Positions 28,050 to 41,114 of a DNA stretch of 64,000 bases are shown here, piece by piece. The translations under genes and the position numbers were made by a program. Positions within the stretch are counted from its first letter, which is position 1. Every line of letters starts with the position of its first letter. This stretch comes from Chrysomallon squamiferum (lineage: Eukaryota > Animalia > Mollusca), in NCBI GenBank assembly GCA_012295275.1, contig CM022670.1:13702001-13766000 (forward strand), given 5' to 3'. The notes under the pieces are model-generated. The model worked only from the letters and a program-made list of their open reading frames with translations, searched no databases and had not been told where the DNA came from.

Positions 28050-29956
28050 GAAAGTAAAATGAAGAAGATGCAGTGACATGTAATGAAGGTAGTTAGTAAC
28101 TTGACATTAGATATTTATTTTTGTTTTAATTTCTGTTTGAATATTTCCTCTAGCACTCATAACAATACAATACAATACAATAGATATAGACAGATAAATA
28201 GATAAATAGATATACAGATACATACATACATACATATATACATACATAGATAGATTGATAGATATATTCTTTAAAATGTACATATTAATTAATGAATAGA
28301 ATTACTTATTTATTTATGTATTTACTAATTTATTTAATGAAATTGTTAATTTATATATTTTTATTTCATTGGCTCTTTTCTTACCTTTCTTACTACTACT
28401 ACTAAAACTACTATTACTACTGTTGCTACTAAAACTATTAATAATATTATTAATGTTGTTATTAATTACTTAATTTATTTTTATAATAAATAACTTTCTT
28501 CTTCATTACTAATTTTTATGGATTTCAGTTTTATTTTTTATTATTGTATGTTTTATTCAATTGGAATGTAGTAGAAGATGAATTTGATTCTTTGAGAGCA
28601 AATGCAACTCTTATAATTTGTCCACTTTCTGTGATGGATATCTGGAAGGTGATGTATTTCCTCCTTTAATTTAGTTTCACTTTACATATAAGCATTTCTC
28701 TAGTCAAAGATGTGATTTGAATACAGCACTTTGAATCTAGGATTATAATTCAACAAGGAAATTATAAAAAACCAAGGATCAAGACAATAAAACATTTCAA
28801 TCTAGCACTTGAAAATAATAATATGCAGTTACAAATGTTTAACTTTTTTTTTCATTGTTTTTTTTTTTTTTTTTATCTGGAATAGTTTACTGTAATTATT
28901 ATTCATGTTTCCTTTACAATAAATTTCAATACAGCCTGTTGTGCTTACTTTGTATACCTAATATATATATTTGTGTCAAGATTAGATCATATGTCACAGT
29001 CCTGACATAATAAATATCATACAATGTTTACTTTGTAATGTATCTTTCATATATTTATATATATATATTTTTTTTTATAGTTGTAATAAATGTCTGGGAA
29101 GATTAAGATCATTTTGGTTTGATCGTCAATAAAGTCATGTTAAATTTTGACACAAGTTGGAAAACCCTGCTTTGATAGTTTAGAAATTTGTTCTTTTAAC
29201 AGATGCAGATAGAGGAACATGTTCATCCTCATGTCTATCTTAATGTTTACACATACCATGGACCAAAGCGTTTGAGTGAAATTCTTGCAAACCAAGATAT
29301 AGTTATTACAACATATGATATGGTGGCATTTGATTTCAAGAGAAGAAGTGTATGGGATTTTTTTTTTTTTTTTGTCAAATCTCTGATAATATTATTTATA
29401 TTTCTTTATTTCTTTTTTTATTTCTTTTTTGTATTTTTGTATTATTTTTTTTATTTCTTTGTTTCTTTGCCTATTATTTTATTTATTGAAAATAACATGT
29501 TCAAAATATACAAGCACCAGTTTTGCATATTTAAAGTTTTATTTTATGTTATTTACTTATCTATTTAAGATATTAAACTATATGTAATCCTTGCTTTCCC
29601 ATGTCAGACATATATCTTACTACATGTACATCCCTAAACTCCAAACATACAGTATTTACATATAAAACTAAACATGACACATACCAAACTTAAAAACTGG
29701 GGTTGGTCTCATACATCATAGCAGCAGCTGCAAAGAAGCCCAAATGGCAATGTCCATGAAAGTGTGAGATGGCAATAGTTCAGTGTCACAAAGTTGTATC
29801 AGGAGAGATTGTCTGCAGTTACTTTTGCATTACTAATAAGCAATGGATGTCTTTGGATATAGTGCAGTGAGTCAGTACAGAAAAATTGAAACTGGCATCA
29901 GTCATGTCTGAAACACCAGAGCTGCAGTCTATCAAACACACACACGCACAACCACA

Positions 29957-30090
29957 CAAATGAGCTGCAGTCTGTCATATACAAATGAGCTGCAGTCTAT
30001 CATATGCATATACAAATGAGCTGCAGTCTATCATATACATATACAAATGAGCTGCAGTCTATCATATACATATACAAATGAACTGCAGTT
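29957..30090. repeat. ~31-bp tandem repeat (ACAAATGAGCTGCAGTCTATCATATACATAT) x~5
   Basis: Visible; a single unit occurs at ~6638 in copy 1. Confidence 0.8.
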
Positions 30091-33000
30091 TCTCTCTCTC
30101 TCTCTCTCAAACATACACACACGCACAGAAAAAAGTATGATCCTAATCAATAAAATGTTTTTGTTTTTATAGCAGAAAACTCATACAATACTAGATGTCC
30201 CTTGGCTGCGTGTGATCCTTGATGAAGGTCACTTGATTAGAAATTCCTCCACTAAAGGGCAAAGGCAGTTAAAGAGCTGAAAGCAGAGAGAAAATGGATT
30301 CTGACAGGTACCAGCAACAGATTCTTTGATATATTGTGCATTGAACAATTGACATTTTAGTTTTAAATATATATTGCAATTATATAAACATAACTAGAAC
30401 TGTTTAGTATTCACTGATAATAACATTTTGCTTCAGAAAACATCAGTATTTTTCACTATTCCAGCAGCTTTTTAGAATTTTGTGACTCAAAATCATTTGA
30501 GTGTTGTCTGATTTTTATATTTTTTATATTCTTGCTGTTGGCATGTGTATTTTCAATTAACATTATTTAAAAAACACAACTGTATACACAAGAGTTCATA
30601 AAATAGGAGTTAGTAAATTGGAGCCAGATTTTTTTTATGTATATAAACAAAAAATGGGGTTAGGACTCAGGACCTGTTTGAAGGTACAGTGTGTTCTAGA
30701 TGACACTGAGACATGACAAATAAATGAATATCAAATAAATAGACAGTGGCACTGAAAACACTTCAAATTTGATAGTTATTATATGTCCAACATAATCATA
30801 ACAATGATGAATATGAACACAGATGCACACATATACGCAAACACCCACATACATAAACACAACCATACACTTACAAGTAAATAATATACATACAGATATA
30901 ATTGTTTATTTTTTCTATCCAGGCACACCCATTCAGAACTCCATTTATGACTTGGAATCTCTTCTGAGTTTTCTAAACATTCCACTGTTGATAGATTCAG
31001 TACTGTGGAGAGATGTTATAGCGATACCAATTGAAAGGGGTTGCACATCTGCACTTGAGTAAGTGGCCATCCAGTACAATAACTATTCCAGTGAAACAGG
31101 AAGGGATGTCTGATTAAATGACAGTTTATTTTTTATCTTTTTATTAAAGTTTTATGACTGAAGACAACACAAATAAAGTAAGAGGAATTCTGCCTCTTCA
31201 GAATATTTCATCATTTAAATATTGAACCATGTAAATATTGTGGAATTTTATTCCTGGTACTTGTAATTTACTGAAATATCAAATATTTTATTAAAATATT
31301 TCTAATATCTGTCTGTTATATTTTCAGTATCAAAATTTATGTTTCAAATTTAAATTTAAATTTTTTTTTTTTTATTTTTTTTTTTTATCAATATTTATTT
31401 TGCAAATACTATTATTGTTATTTTATTTTATTTTTATAGATGCATACATATATATGCTTTATTTTGAAGTGTTGTATTATTTTTAAAGTTATGATGAAAT
31501 TGTTTGTCTGTCTGTCCTCTATAGACATGTACAACACTTACTGGCCAACATAGCAATGAGAAGAACAAAAAATCAGAAGGTGGATGGCAAACCACTGGTT
31601 CAGCTTCCTAACAAGACAGAAATCACAGAAAGAATAAAGTTCTCAGAAGAGGAGAGAAATATCTACAATCGCATATTCACAGAAGGAAGAGAGATGATCA
31701 GACAGTTTAGTAATGTCTAATATAAAACAAAAGATAATATAAGTTTTGAATATTACTTGAAATAATTATCAGTATATGTGAAAAATAAATTAATAAATAA
31801 ATGAATGACCATCAAAAGAAACTTTATTATTATTATTATTATTATTATTAACACTGGGTTCCAAATATTGTGGTTTATTATAAAGAAAGACTGAACCAAA
31901 AAAACATAAACCAGTAATATATTGTAATATCTGTTGTAACATGATAAAATAAACCAGTAATATATTGTAATATCAGTAATATGTTGTAACATGATAAAAT
32001 AAACCAGTAATATCTTCTTCATCAGGCAAATGAGATTTTAGTTCTAAATGTTTATTTCTTTGTCTTTTACATTTAGCATTTAACTCGTTTTAAATTACAC
32101 TGATTAAATACCTATTTAAACGTTATTTCTAATGAACCTTAGAAATAATTAACAGAATAAATGTTTACTCATTTTTAAATTTTATTCACTTTTAAACTTG
32201 TAGAATAATAAAAAATAAAAAATAAATTATTTATTTGATGTCTATGATCGTAGTTATCTTATTAGTGTAGTGCATGAATTATTTTCTCTTATATTAAAAA
32301 TACATATTTTTATCTTCATGCTTTTTTCTTTTTTTTTTAAAGCCATTTTGAAGACAATACATATTTTTATCTTCATGCTTTTTTTTTTTTTTTTTTAAGC
32401 CATTTTGAAGACAATACTGTGCTGTCTAGTTATACTGACATTTTTTATGTCCTACTACGCCTTCGTCAGATGTGCTGTCATATTTGGCTGAATGATCAAC
32501 TGAAACATTTAACACAAGGTACAAAAGATGCAATGCCGACACATTTAAAAAAGTGGTTATTTGTTATTGGTAATTCCTTTTTAAATACTCAACTAAAACA
32601 TTTAACACAAGGTAAAAATGTAGACTACCAAGAGCTGCATGGCTGACATATTTCAATTATTTTTATTTGTTATTGGTCATTTTTACATTTTTAATACTCT
32701 GCAAGAATTGCTCACTCTAAAAATGTCTGTATGCCTAAATTATTAATGCCATTATATGTATCTGTGCCTGTTTGTTTCAGTGTATCTTTATATATGTATA
32801 TCTGTGTGTCTGTGTGTGTATGCATGTGTGTCGTATGTATTTTCATGTGAACCTCTGTCTGTCTGTTCATCCATTCTTCAGTCCATGTACTTGTAGGCCT
32901 GTAATGTATGTGTATGTTATATAATAAGCAGATGGACAAAATGACAGTGAAGATGAAAAAACAAGAAGAAAAGCAATAGCTATCCTGAAATCGGGATCTG

Positions 33001-34774
33001 ATGAAGAATGTTCAATTTGTTTGGATAGAATTAACTCCCCTGTTGTCACATGTTGTGCCCATATCTTCTGTCGGAAATGTATCCAAGATGTCATTGACAA
33101 ACAAAAGGTCTGTTCTTGTAGTAGAAACATTTAGTTGTTCTTCTTGTAAAGTTTTATAACACTAGTGTATAATAACTAATGTGAAGTGTGATTAAATATC
33201 CTTTCATTCGTTTATTTTTCACCTTTTCCTTTTTAAAATATATATCAGTTAGTTAGGAACAGTGATACATGTAAAACAATTAGCAAACAAACAAACAATC
33301 TAATCAAATCACAGCATAAATCAGCTGAATTTTATTGAAAACGTTAAATGCCTTATCTTAATATAAACAGTGAAATAAATTTAAGACATACTTCATCGAA
33401 GGATCGGTTGATTAAATTTATGGATACTTAAATTTTCTTCTGAGTTATTTATTGTTCATTACCACCCACTTTGAATGTCTTTTTGCCATTCATGTTTGTT
33501 TTAAAGCGCTTAGTTACTGTTTGCAGCCCAATGCAACATGTCCACTGTGTAGAAAAGATTTAAGCCAGAAAGATTTGATTGAGGTCAACCTGGATGATGA
33601 TGAAACACCCTTTGCCATTCCAGATAATTGGAAATCAAGTGCCAAGGTATTTCAGATACTTTTAGATAATCTCATTCTTGGTAAATGTTCTAGATAATAA
33701 ACGTTTTTTGTTTTAGATTATTTTAAAATCCAGTAATCAAGAATGTTATTTGCAGACCAGATGTTCCAAGTTAGAGGTCTGTAATAGATTATATACAAAC
33801 AAAATATGTTAATATGTTAATATATACAGTTGTCCGTTTACACAAAATATTTCAGACATTCTGCAACAATAAAAATTAGTAACTAACTATGATAATCTAG
33901 GCACTGACTATAGTATTCTAGTCACTGACTGTGATATTCTAGACCATTGCTTGCCGATTTTTAAACAATGTAAAGTTGGAATGCCCACCAAACTTGTTTT
34001 CTGCTTGTATCCATTTACATGTGCATTACAACATACACTTTATAAAATAGTTTAAATAAAAAAACTAAGCACACAACATCAGAAAAGACATGGTTATGAG
34101 TAAATTTCTAGGAATCTACAAGGCTGATTTTCTGTTTTAGATATGTGATATATATTCTAATACAATAAATATTTGTTTGCCTTTAGTGACTCTTGTTTTA
34201 ACTTCCCCTTTATCATTCATGGTATGTTGAATTATAGGAAAGTCTCCAATATACCATACCTTTTTTTTCATTATTATTATTTTATTATTTTTATTAATCT
34301 GATTTGTGGATGGTGTTTACTTCTGCCAGTTTTGGTGATTAGACAGCAAAACCAACAGTTTCTAAAGAATTGTCATATTGGGTGCTTTTTAGTAAGAGAA
34401 GCCTATAGCAATACAATGGTCAACATTCCAAATATAGAAATAGTTAAGAAGGGTACACTTCTTGTACTTCAAAGCATAGTTTAAAATATTAGTAAATATC
34501 TTTGAGTAAATATTTAATTTAATCGTGGGTTTTTTTTCAGATTGATGCTCTGATGAAATCACTAATCAAACTGCGAGAGGAAGATGTCAAAATAAAAAGT
34601 GTGGTCGTCTCTCAATTCACCAAATTTCTTGATCTCATAGAAATACCTCTACGGTAAAATATTACTTTTACTAATGTTAATTCTACCACTACTACTACAA
34701 CTATTACTGCTACAATTACTGCTAGTATTAGTATTATTAGTGCTGATAACAGCAACAGTAACAATATTACATTT

Positions 34775-34897
34775 CATCATCATCATCGTGATGCAGCCAT
34801 CTTTTTCCATTTTTGGGCAAAAGCCTCAGTATGATGCTTCCACATCTTTCTGTCTTGCACTATCCTCTGCCAGATGGCTCCTTTCCAGTACAGCATG
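34775..34897 (-). mobile_element. RTE-type LINE 3' fragment, copy 2
   Basis: Minus strand IWQRIVQDRKMWKHHTEAFAQKWKKMAAS followed by a (TGA)n tail. Confidence 0.55.
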
Positions 34898-37493
34898 ACC
34901 TTCCATGACCTTCATTTTATTTCATACCAAGATGTTTGTCTTCTGGTCCTGACATGTAAAATTTAACATACTTTTTTGTGTTTATTTCAGACACAATGGT
35001 TTTAAGTTTGAATGTCTTGATGGTAAAATGAAACCAGCAGCTCGAACAAAAGCCATCCAGACTTTCATGGATGAATCTCCTGATTCACCAACCATTTTCC
35101 TTTTGTCCTTGAAATCTGGGGGCCTTGGCCTCAATCTGATAGCAGCTTCCAGAATGTTTGTAATGGAACCAGTGAGTTCAAGTTCAGAAATTACATTTTT
35201 ATGTACAATCACCAACTCTTCAGTGCACAGTAACTATTTGTAGTTTTAATAGCTGATAGGCTTAGTGTATAAATTAAAAAATTAGCCATGGACCAATGTT
35301 TACAAAAGCATTTAATTAGATCAGCAGATGTTAAAAGTTCAGTGATGTCATTTTTCACATACGCAAAATGTTTTTGAAAATGTGATGAATAGAAATATTT
35401 GGTCAAACAAGCAATACTATTTATCTTAAAGAATGATTATACCAGGCATCAATCCATTTTAAAAGATATCTTGATGAGAATATTTGCACAATGATGATCT
35501 AAATTGTAAACATCAGATAAATGAACATTAAAATCAGATTTTCCTTTTTTATGTCATAAATACTGTTTTCATGTATAACCTCTAACTCTTCAGTTCACAG
35601 ACTATCTTAGATCAGTAAACATCTGTAGTTTTTGTAGCTGATAGGCTTAGTGTATAAATTAACAAATTAGCCATGGACTAATATTTACCAAAAGTAATTA
35701 ATTAAATCTGCAGATGTGAAAAGTTCAGTGATATCATTTTTCACAAACAATTAACAAAGATGAGTTTTCTTCATTTTTTAACTTTGTTTTTAGATACTGA
35801 AAATGTGTTTGAAAATGTGATTAATAGAAACATTTGGTCAAACAAGCAATACTATTTATTTTAAAGAATGATTATACCAGACATCATTATCATAACTTAA
35901 ATGATATCTTGATGAGAATTTTTGCAGAATGATGATCTAAATTGTAAACATCTGATAAATGAACATTAAAATCAAAATTTCTTTTAATTTTGAAATTTAA
36001 ACTTGTGATACTCTAGATTATTACAGTCATGTTAACATTTTATTTTAATGATTTTTAATTAGAATAATTAGATAGGATTATTAAGTTCTTAGAAGATTCA
36101 AGCTTCAAAGCCATCTAGTTCATTAGAAATACATTTCTCAGTCTAGTCTGTGCTTTTCATTTAACATTTTCACCTGCAGGCTTGGAATCCTGCTGCTGAA
36201 AATCAGTGCTATGACAGAATTTATAGACTTGGGCAGAAAAAAGATGTGATCATTACAAAGGTTAGTGAGAAGCTATTGCATGACTTTGTCTGTTTGATGC
36301 AGTATTTAAGAATGAATGATAGTTCACTCGACAGAGCAAAGATGACAGCATAAATTCAAATATTTTTTGTCTGATTTTTTTAAAGTAGGACACATGTGTT
36401 TAGTTAATTTTAATTATGTTAAAATGCTTGCCTAGAGAAAATGTTCTAATATTTGTAAACCAAACATAACATCTGTCTCTTTTTATTGAATAAAGAAGTA
36501 TACTTATACTTGTTTTATCATAAACAGTAAACACTCACTATATATCATTTACTCTTGGTTTACTCACTTTCATGTCTTATAGAGAAATTAGGGGAAAAAA
36601 TAGTAATAAATAAAAAAAATTCCTTTAAACTGCATAAACATATCAATATCAAAACATTTCTGTGGTCAGAATAAGTTAACAGTGAATAGATAATAAACAA
36701 AGTTGTCATATCTGCCTAAGAGTTGATTTTTTGTTTTGTTTCATCTGTTAGATAAATATAATAATGTCATGAACATTTGCAGTAAAATCTGGTCTTCCAT
36801 AGTAAAAAGAAAATATATATATATTAAAAAATATTTTGAATACAATTCAGTACAATTTCACCACAAACTCATTAACTTTGATTTAATTTGTCAATTATGT
36901 TTTTTTGTTTTTTTTTCATTTCCAGTTTATAATTGAGGACTCTATTGAGGAGAGTATGTGTGCTCTTCAGGAAAAGAAACGTGAGCTGATGAAGGGAATT
37001 TTCAAAACAAAGAGCGATAAAGAAAGAAGATCTGTTAAGACTGAATTCATCAGATCTTGTTTTAACTTGTAACTCACAGCGTCAGAGGCGTTGTTATTTC
37101 ATAGCAAGAATCTCCTCTTCATCTGCTGGATCAACAATTAGCACCTGACTGTAGTGCAGTCTGATTTAATCTGAAAAAACGAATGAACTGTTAATCTTAC
37201 ACACTCAATTAGAAAATACACATGGAAACAGAAAACTTTGAATAAACAATTATCAAATAAATAATTGAATTAATGTTAAAAAGTAATATCAACACATTTT
37301 TAATGTACCTTAATTAACAGAATAAATCTTTACTAATTTTTAATTTTTATTCACTTTTAAACTTGTAGAAAAAAAAAAAAAAAAAAAAATTATTTATTTT
37401 ATGTCTATTATCGTAGTTATTTTATTAGTGTAGAGTATGAATTATTTTTTGTTGTTGAAAATATATATTTTATCTTTTTTTTCATTTTTAAAG

Positions 37494-37612
37494 CCATTTT
37501 GAAGACAATACTGTTCTGTCTAGTTATACTGACGTTTTTTATGTCCTACTACGCCTTCGTCAGATCTGCTGTTTTATTTAGCTGAATGATGAACTGAAAC
37601 ATTTAACACAAG
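37494..37612 (+). pseudogene. Orphan duplicated HLTF exon with in-frame stop
   Basis: HFEDNTVLSSYTDVFYVLLRLRQICCFI*LNDELKHLTQ with flanking intron homology (~37290-37745), downstream of the copy 2 stop; TAG at 37579-37581. Confidence 0.9.
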
Positions 37613-37929
37613 GTACAGAAGTACAGTGTGTACCATGTACCAAGGCAAACACTTTTTTAAAGGTGCTTATTTGTTACTGGTCATTCTTTTTAAAATATTC
37701 TGAAAGGATTGCTCACTCCAAAAGTTTTACCAGTGTCTAAGTTATCTAAATTCTTCTAAATAGTGGACAGTCACAGTCCATATGTAAAAAAAAATAATAA
37801 TAATAATAAATAAATAAATAAAATAAAATAAAGCATCACAGTCCTTTACTAGGTTATTTAAATAGCTAGGAAGAACTGAATTATAATTTTAAAAAATAAT
37901 TTAATTTAACTAACTCGCTCATTAAATAT

Positions 37930-38162
37930 GTTGTAGATATAGGGTCTGAATGAACCTGGAGAGTTTTGTTTCAGTGGCATCTGTTTCTTCATTTACCTCT
38001 ATTCTTGGCAGGAGGCCTGTAAATAATAATAATAATAATAATAATAATCAAATAAAAAAAAAAAAACCACACACACTAACACGTCATATTAAAATAAATA
38101 AAAAATAGTATATATAATTCTGTTAACAATCTAATGAAGTAACAGTATTAATAATGATGAGA

Positions 38163-38198
<36 letters not shown>

Positions 38199-38365
38199 TT
38201 ATCAATAATAATGATAAAAATTATGTTTTTATTATATGTTTTTATTATATGTTTTTTGAAGTCATTCACTGTTTTTGAAAGCTGCCAGCAAAGATGGACA
38301 CAAGCATTTGTAACATTTCCATCATAATTCATGCAAATCAGATCTGCACGAAGAACCCACACTAG
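37930..38365 (-). pseudogene. EXOSC8: Two-exon fragment of exosome component RRP43 (EXOSC8)
   Basis: Exon 38365-38270 LVWVLRADLICMNYDGNVTNACV/(frameshift)SLLAAFKN and exon from 38016 SLLPRIEVNEETDATET resemble EXOSC8 [43 protein letters not shown]; intron with GT/AG retained. Confidence 0.8.
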
Positions 38366-38436
38366 CTATAAACATAAATAAATTAAAAATAAATAAATAG
38401 AAATAGAAAGGTAACATTAAACATAAATATCACATT

Positions 38437-39260
38437 ATGACCGGCACACCGACATAAACCCGCCGATAAAAACTCGCCGATATAAGCGCTCAGGCGGTAG
38501 GCCCATAGTATATATAGATCTAAACGAAATAACCGTCATTTCGATCAAAATTTAATTCTGGCACAAGAGGTATCTATGATAGGTTTTGAAAATATCGTGA
38601 ACCACTGTCAAAACAGTTGTTTGTGATCAAAAAGTTTAAAATAAAACCACGCCTACAAAAGAATCCACACATGACCGCAGAGCCCTTTTAGAAAACAATT
38701 TAAAGCTTGATGAAGATTACTCCTCAATAAAAATGGAGTTTACTTTCCGGAAGGGTCAGGTGCATAAATCTGTAGGCGGGTTCATTTATCGTTTTGACAG
38801 AAACTTAAGTAACGGAAATGGTTCTTGACGCAGTACTTCAAAAAAAAAAAAATGTCCAGTTCGGATACATTTGAACGATCAGTCAGGTGACAAATGTAAT
38901 GGTGCACAATCATGTGGCTGAAACTGAAGTGAACAGTTCGGTAGAGATCTGCAACTTCTCGAGATACAACGCCATTTTTGATTCAGCAACAGCAAACTGT
39001 TGCTCAGTTTCCGAAATATACATCCACTCAAAGAATGACTGAAAGAAAACGGAAGGGGATGGTGAACCTGTGCGGAATCCAAGAACTGTCAGTCAAATCG
39101 ACATTCCAGAAATGTGAAAAAAGCTATGAGAGGAGACACATTTGTGCTACATCACTCCGGTGCAGATTCTTCATCTTTGTTTCTTAAATAATAATCAGAA
39201 TAATAAGAAGAATTGTTCTATTATTAGCGCGGTTTCGTCATCGTCCCAACGTATGACCAC
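38437..39260 (+). mobile_element. Degenerate Mutator-like (MULE) element, left end plus FLYWCH remnant
   Basis: CpG-rich end with subterminal repeats (CCGACATAAACCCG CCGATAAAAACTCG CCGATATAAGCG); from ATG 38733 MEFTFRKG..H..VGGFIYRFDRNLSNGNGS*RSTSKKKKCPVRIHL, a decayed FLYWCH finger. Right boundary approximate. Confidence 0.6.
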
Positions 39261-40253
39261 AATTAACAGATTATATTAAAGAATTTGTTCTGTTAATAAA
39301 CGAAATAAATTACTGAATGAATCACATAATTAAACAAACATGTCAAACCCACAGACACACATCTTTTGAAATGTTATTATGTGATTCATTCAATATACAC
39401 ACATACACAAACAAAATTTATTATTTTAAGATTATTTTAAGAACATTTCAAGAACTCAGTCTACTTTTAATTATTTATTTTATTACAACTTATTCTTGTT
39501 TTCCATTTCGTTTTACGCATATAGTAAATATACACTAACAGTCTGTATACATAAAGGCATTCACATATGATTATCTGTAAATTATGTTAGTATATGAGTG
39601 TGTACATCTGTGTTTTTATGGTGTATCCGTGTGTTAGTGTGTGTGTATGTGTATGCGTGTTTGTAGATTAGTGTATATACAAAGCTACACGTATATTCCT
39701 ATGTCCAGGGACGTTCTGTATTATTATGTTACAAGACTACTTTATGTTGACGCATCTCAAACCAAACGTACTTTCAACGTAATTATGCGACGTACATGGG
39801 TTATGAACATTCAGAATAAACAGTCTGTTTCCATAAAGTATCAAAATATTATTATAAATTCTAATTATTTATGACTGATACTAAACTGTCGGCGTACAAA
39901 TTTGAATCGCACATCACGATACTAAGTGTTTTCCATCTATTATTATTATTATTATTATTATTATCATCATCATCATCATCATCATATAATTCAACAAACT
40001 TCATTTATTAATCATATCATCTGCGGCAATAACGTTATTTTTAAGTTCTCTTAAGTGTACTGTTTTAGCGTATACTTCTTATTTTTACTAAAAACATAAT
40101 CTAATATATAATCGGTTTTACAATAATTAATTTTGTTCAAAGTAAGTATATTATTTCATGTTCGTAGTGCCCTAAACCCAGAATATTGAATAATTATGTA
40201 AAAATTAGTGATGGTAATAGCACTAGAGATGGAAATAAAAGATTTAAATGTCA

Positions 40254-40308
<55 letters not shown>

Positions 40309-40419
40309 GAAAACCCAAACATATTACTCTTGTGAATGCCATTGTTTTAATTATACATGTTTAATTTGGCAAAATATCATGACAATTTATGGTTAAAATG
40401 TTTTTTCTTTGTGCGTTTC

Positions 40420-40590
40420 AATGCCGCCATCCACCCCGATTGTCATATTATATTTTTTACGATTTCGTAAGAACAACCTTTCAGCCTCGTTGTCGGGGTA
40501 TTTTTCCGGGTTTATTAAAATTGAAATAGTTTCGAGGAAGACCTGAAAAAAGAAGATTTTTGTTAAAAATGGCGTAATGGTACTGTTATC
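40420..40590 (+). promoter_or_regulatory. Probable promoter / non-coding first exon of copy 3
   Basis: Homolog of 16320-16495; CpG enriched; YY1-like AAAATGGCG near 40566; candidate donor near 40580. Confidence 0.45.
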
Positions 40591-40772
40591 TACAAGTTAA
40601 TCTCTGTCGTTGAGTTCATATTTAACGTTATTTTAGATAGTATTACGAAATAATTCTTAAAGAAATAATAATTTTAATATTTAAGTATCTACTTTCACTT
40701 TCAACTTATTAATTTTTATTTATTTTTTAAACTTGTCACTTTAAAATTCGTAATCTGCGATCTTATTATTTT

Positions 40773-40812
<40 letters not shown>

Positions 40813-41114
40813 GTACTAGTAGTAATACTAATAGTAGTAGTATTAATAATTAATAATAATAAAAATAGTAGTAGTAGTAGTAGTAGTAGTAGTACTAATA
40901 ATAGTAGTATTATTATTAATAATAATAATAAAGGATCGTTATATTTTATTTATTATACTGGATTTTGTTTGTAAATTTGGATATATATATATATTTGTTT
41001 ATATGTATGTGTATATCTAGAAATCTATTACTTTTTCATTTCACAGGTGAAATGCTCTGACACTGTTAAAATAAATGAGGAAAAAAGTAATACACTGAAA
41101 GTGAATTATTGAAA

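Larger units (their letters stand above)
17385..37072 (+). pseudogene. HLTF: HLTF/RAD5-like copy 2, full length but with several disabling lesions (probable pseudogene)
   Basis: Exons: 17385-17564, 18147-18313, 19049-19175 (HIRAN), 19499-19561, 20244-20412 (LYPHQKQALHWM..LPPFWE), 21226-21362, 22148-22286, ~22696-22759, 26236-26333, 26956-27035, 27331-27418, 27649-27768, 28572-28648, 29203-29349, 30173-30307, 30923-31058, 31525-31704, 32400-32518, 32932-33107, 33527-33646, 34541-34653, 34991-35171, 36180-36260, 36926-37072. Lesions: donor GT>AT at 18314, acceptor TAG lost near 22688, 1-bp deletion near 30256 giving TGA at 30278-30280. Gene identity is high confidence; pseudogene status is moderate. 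Confidence 0.8.
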
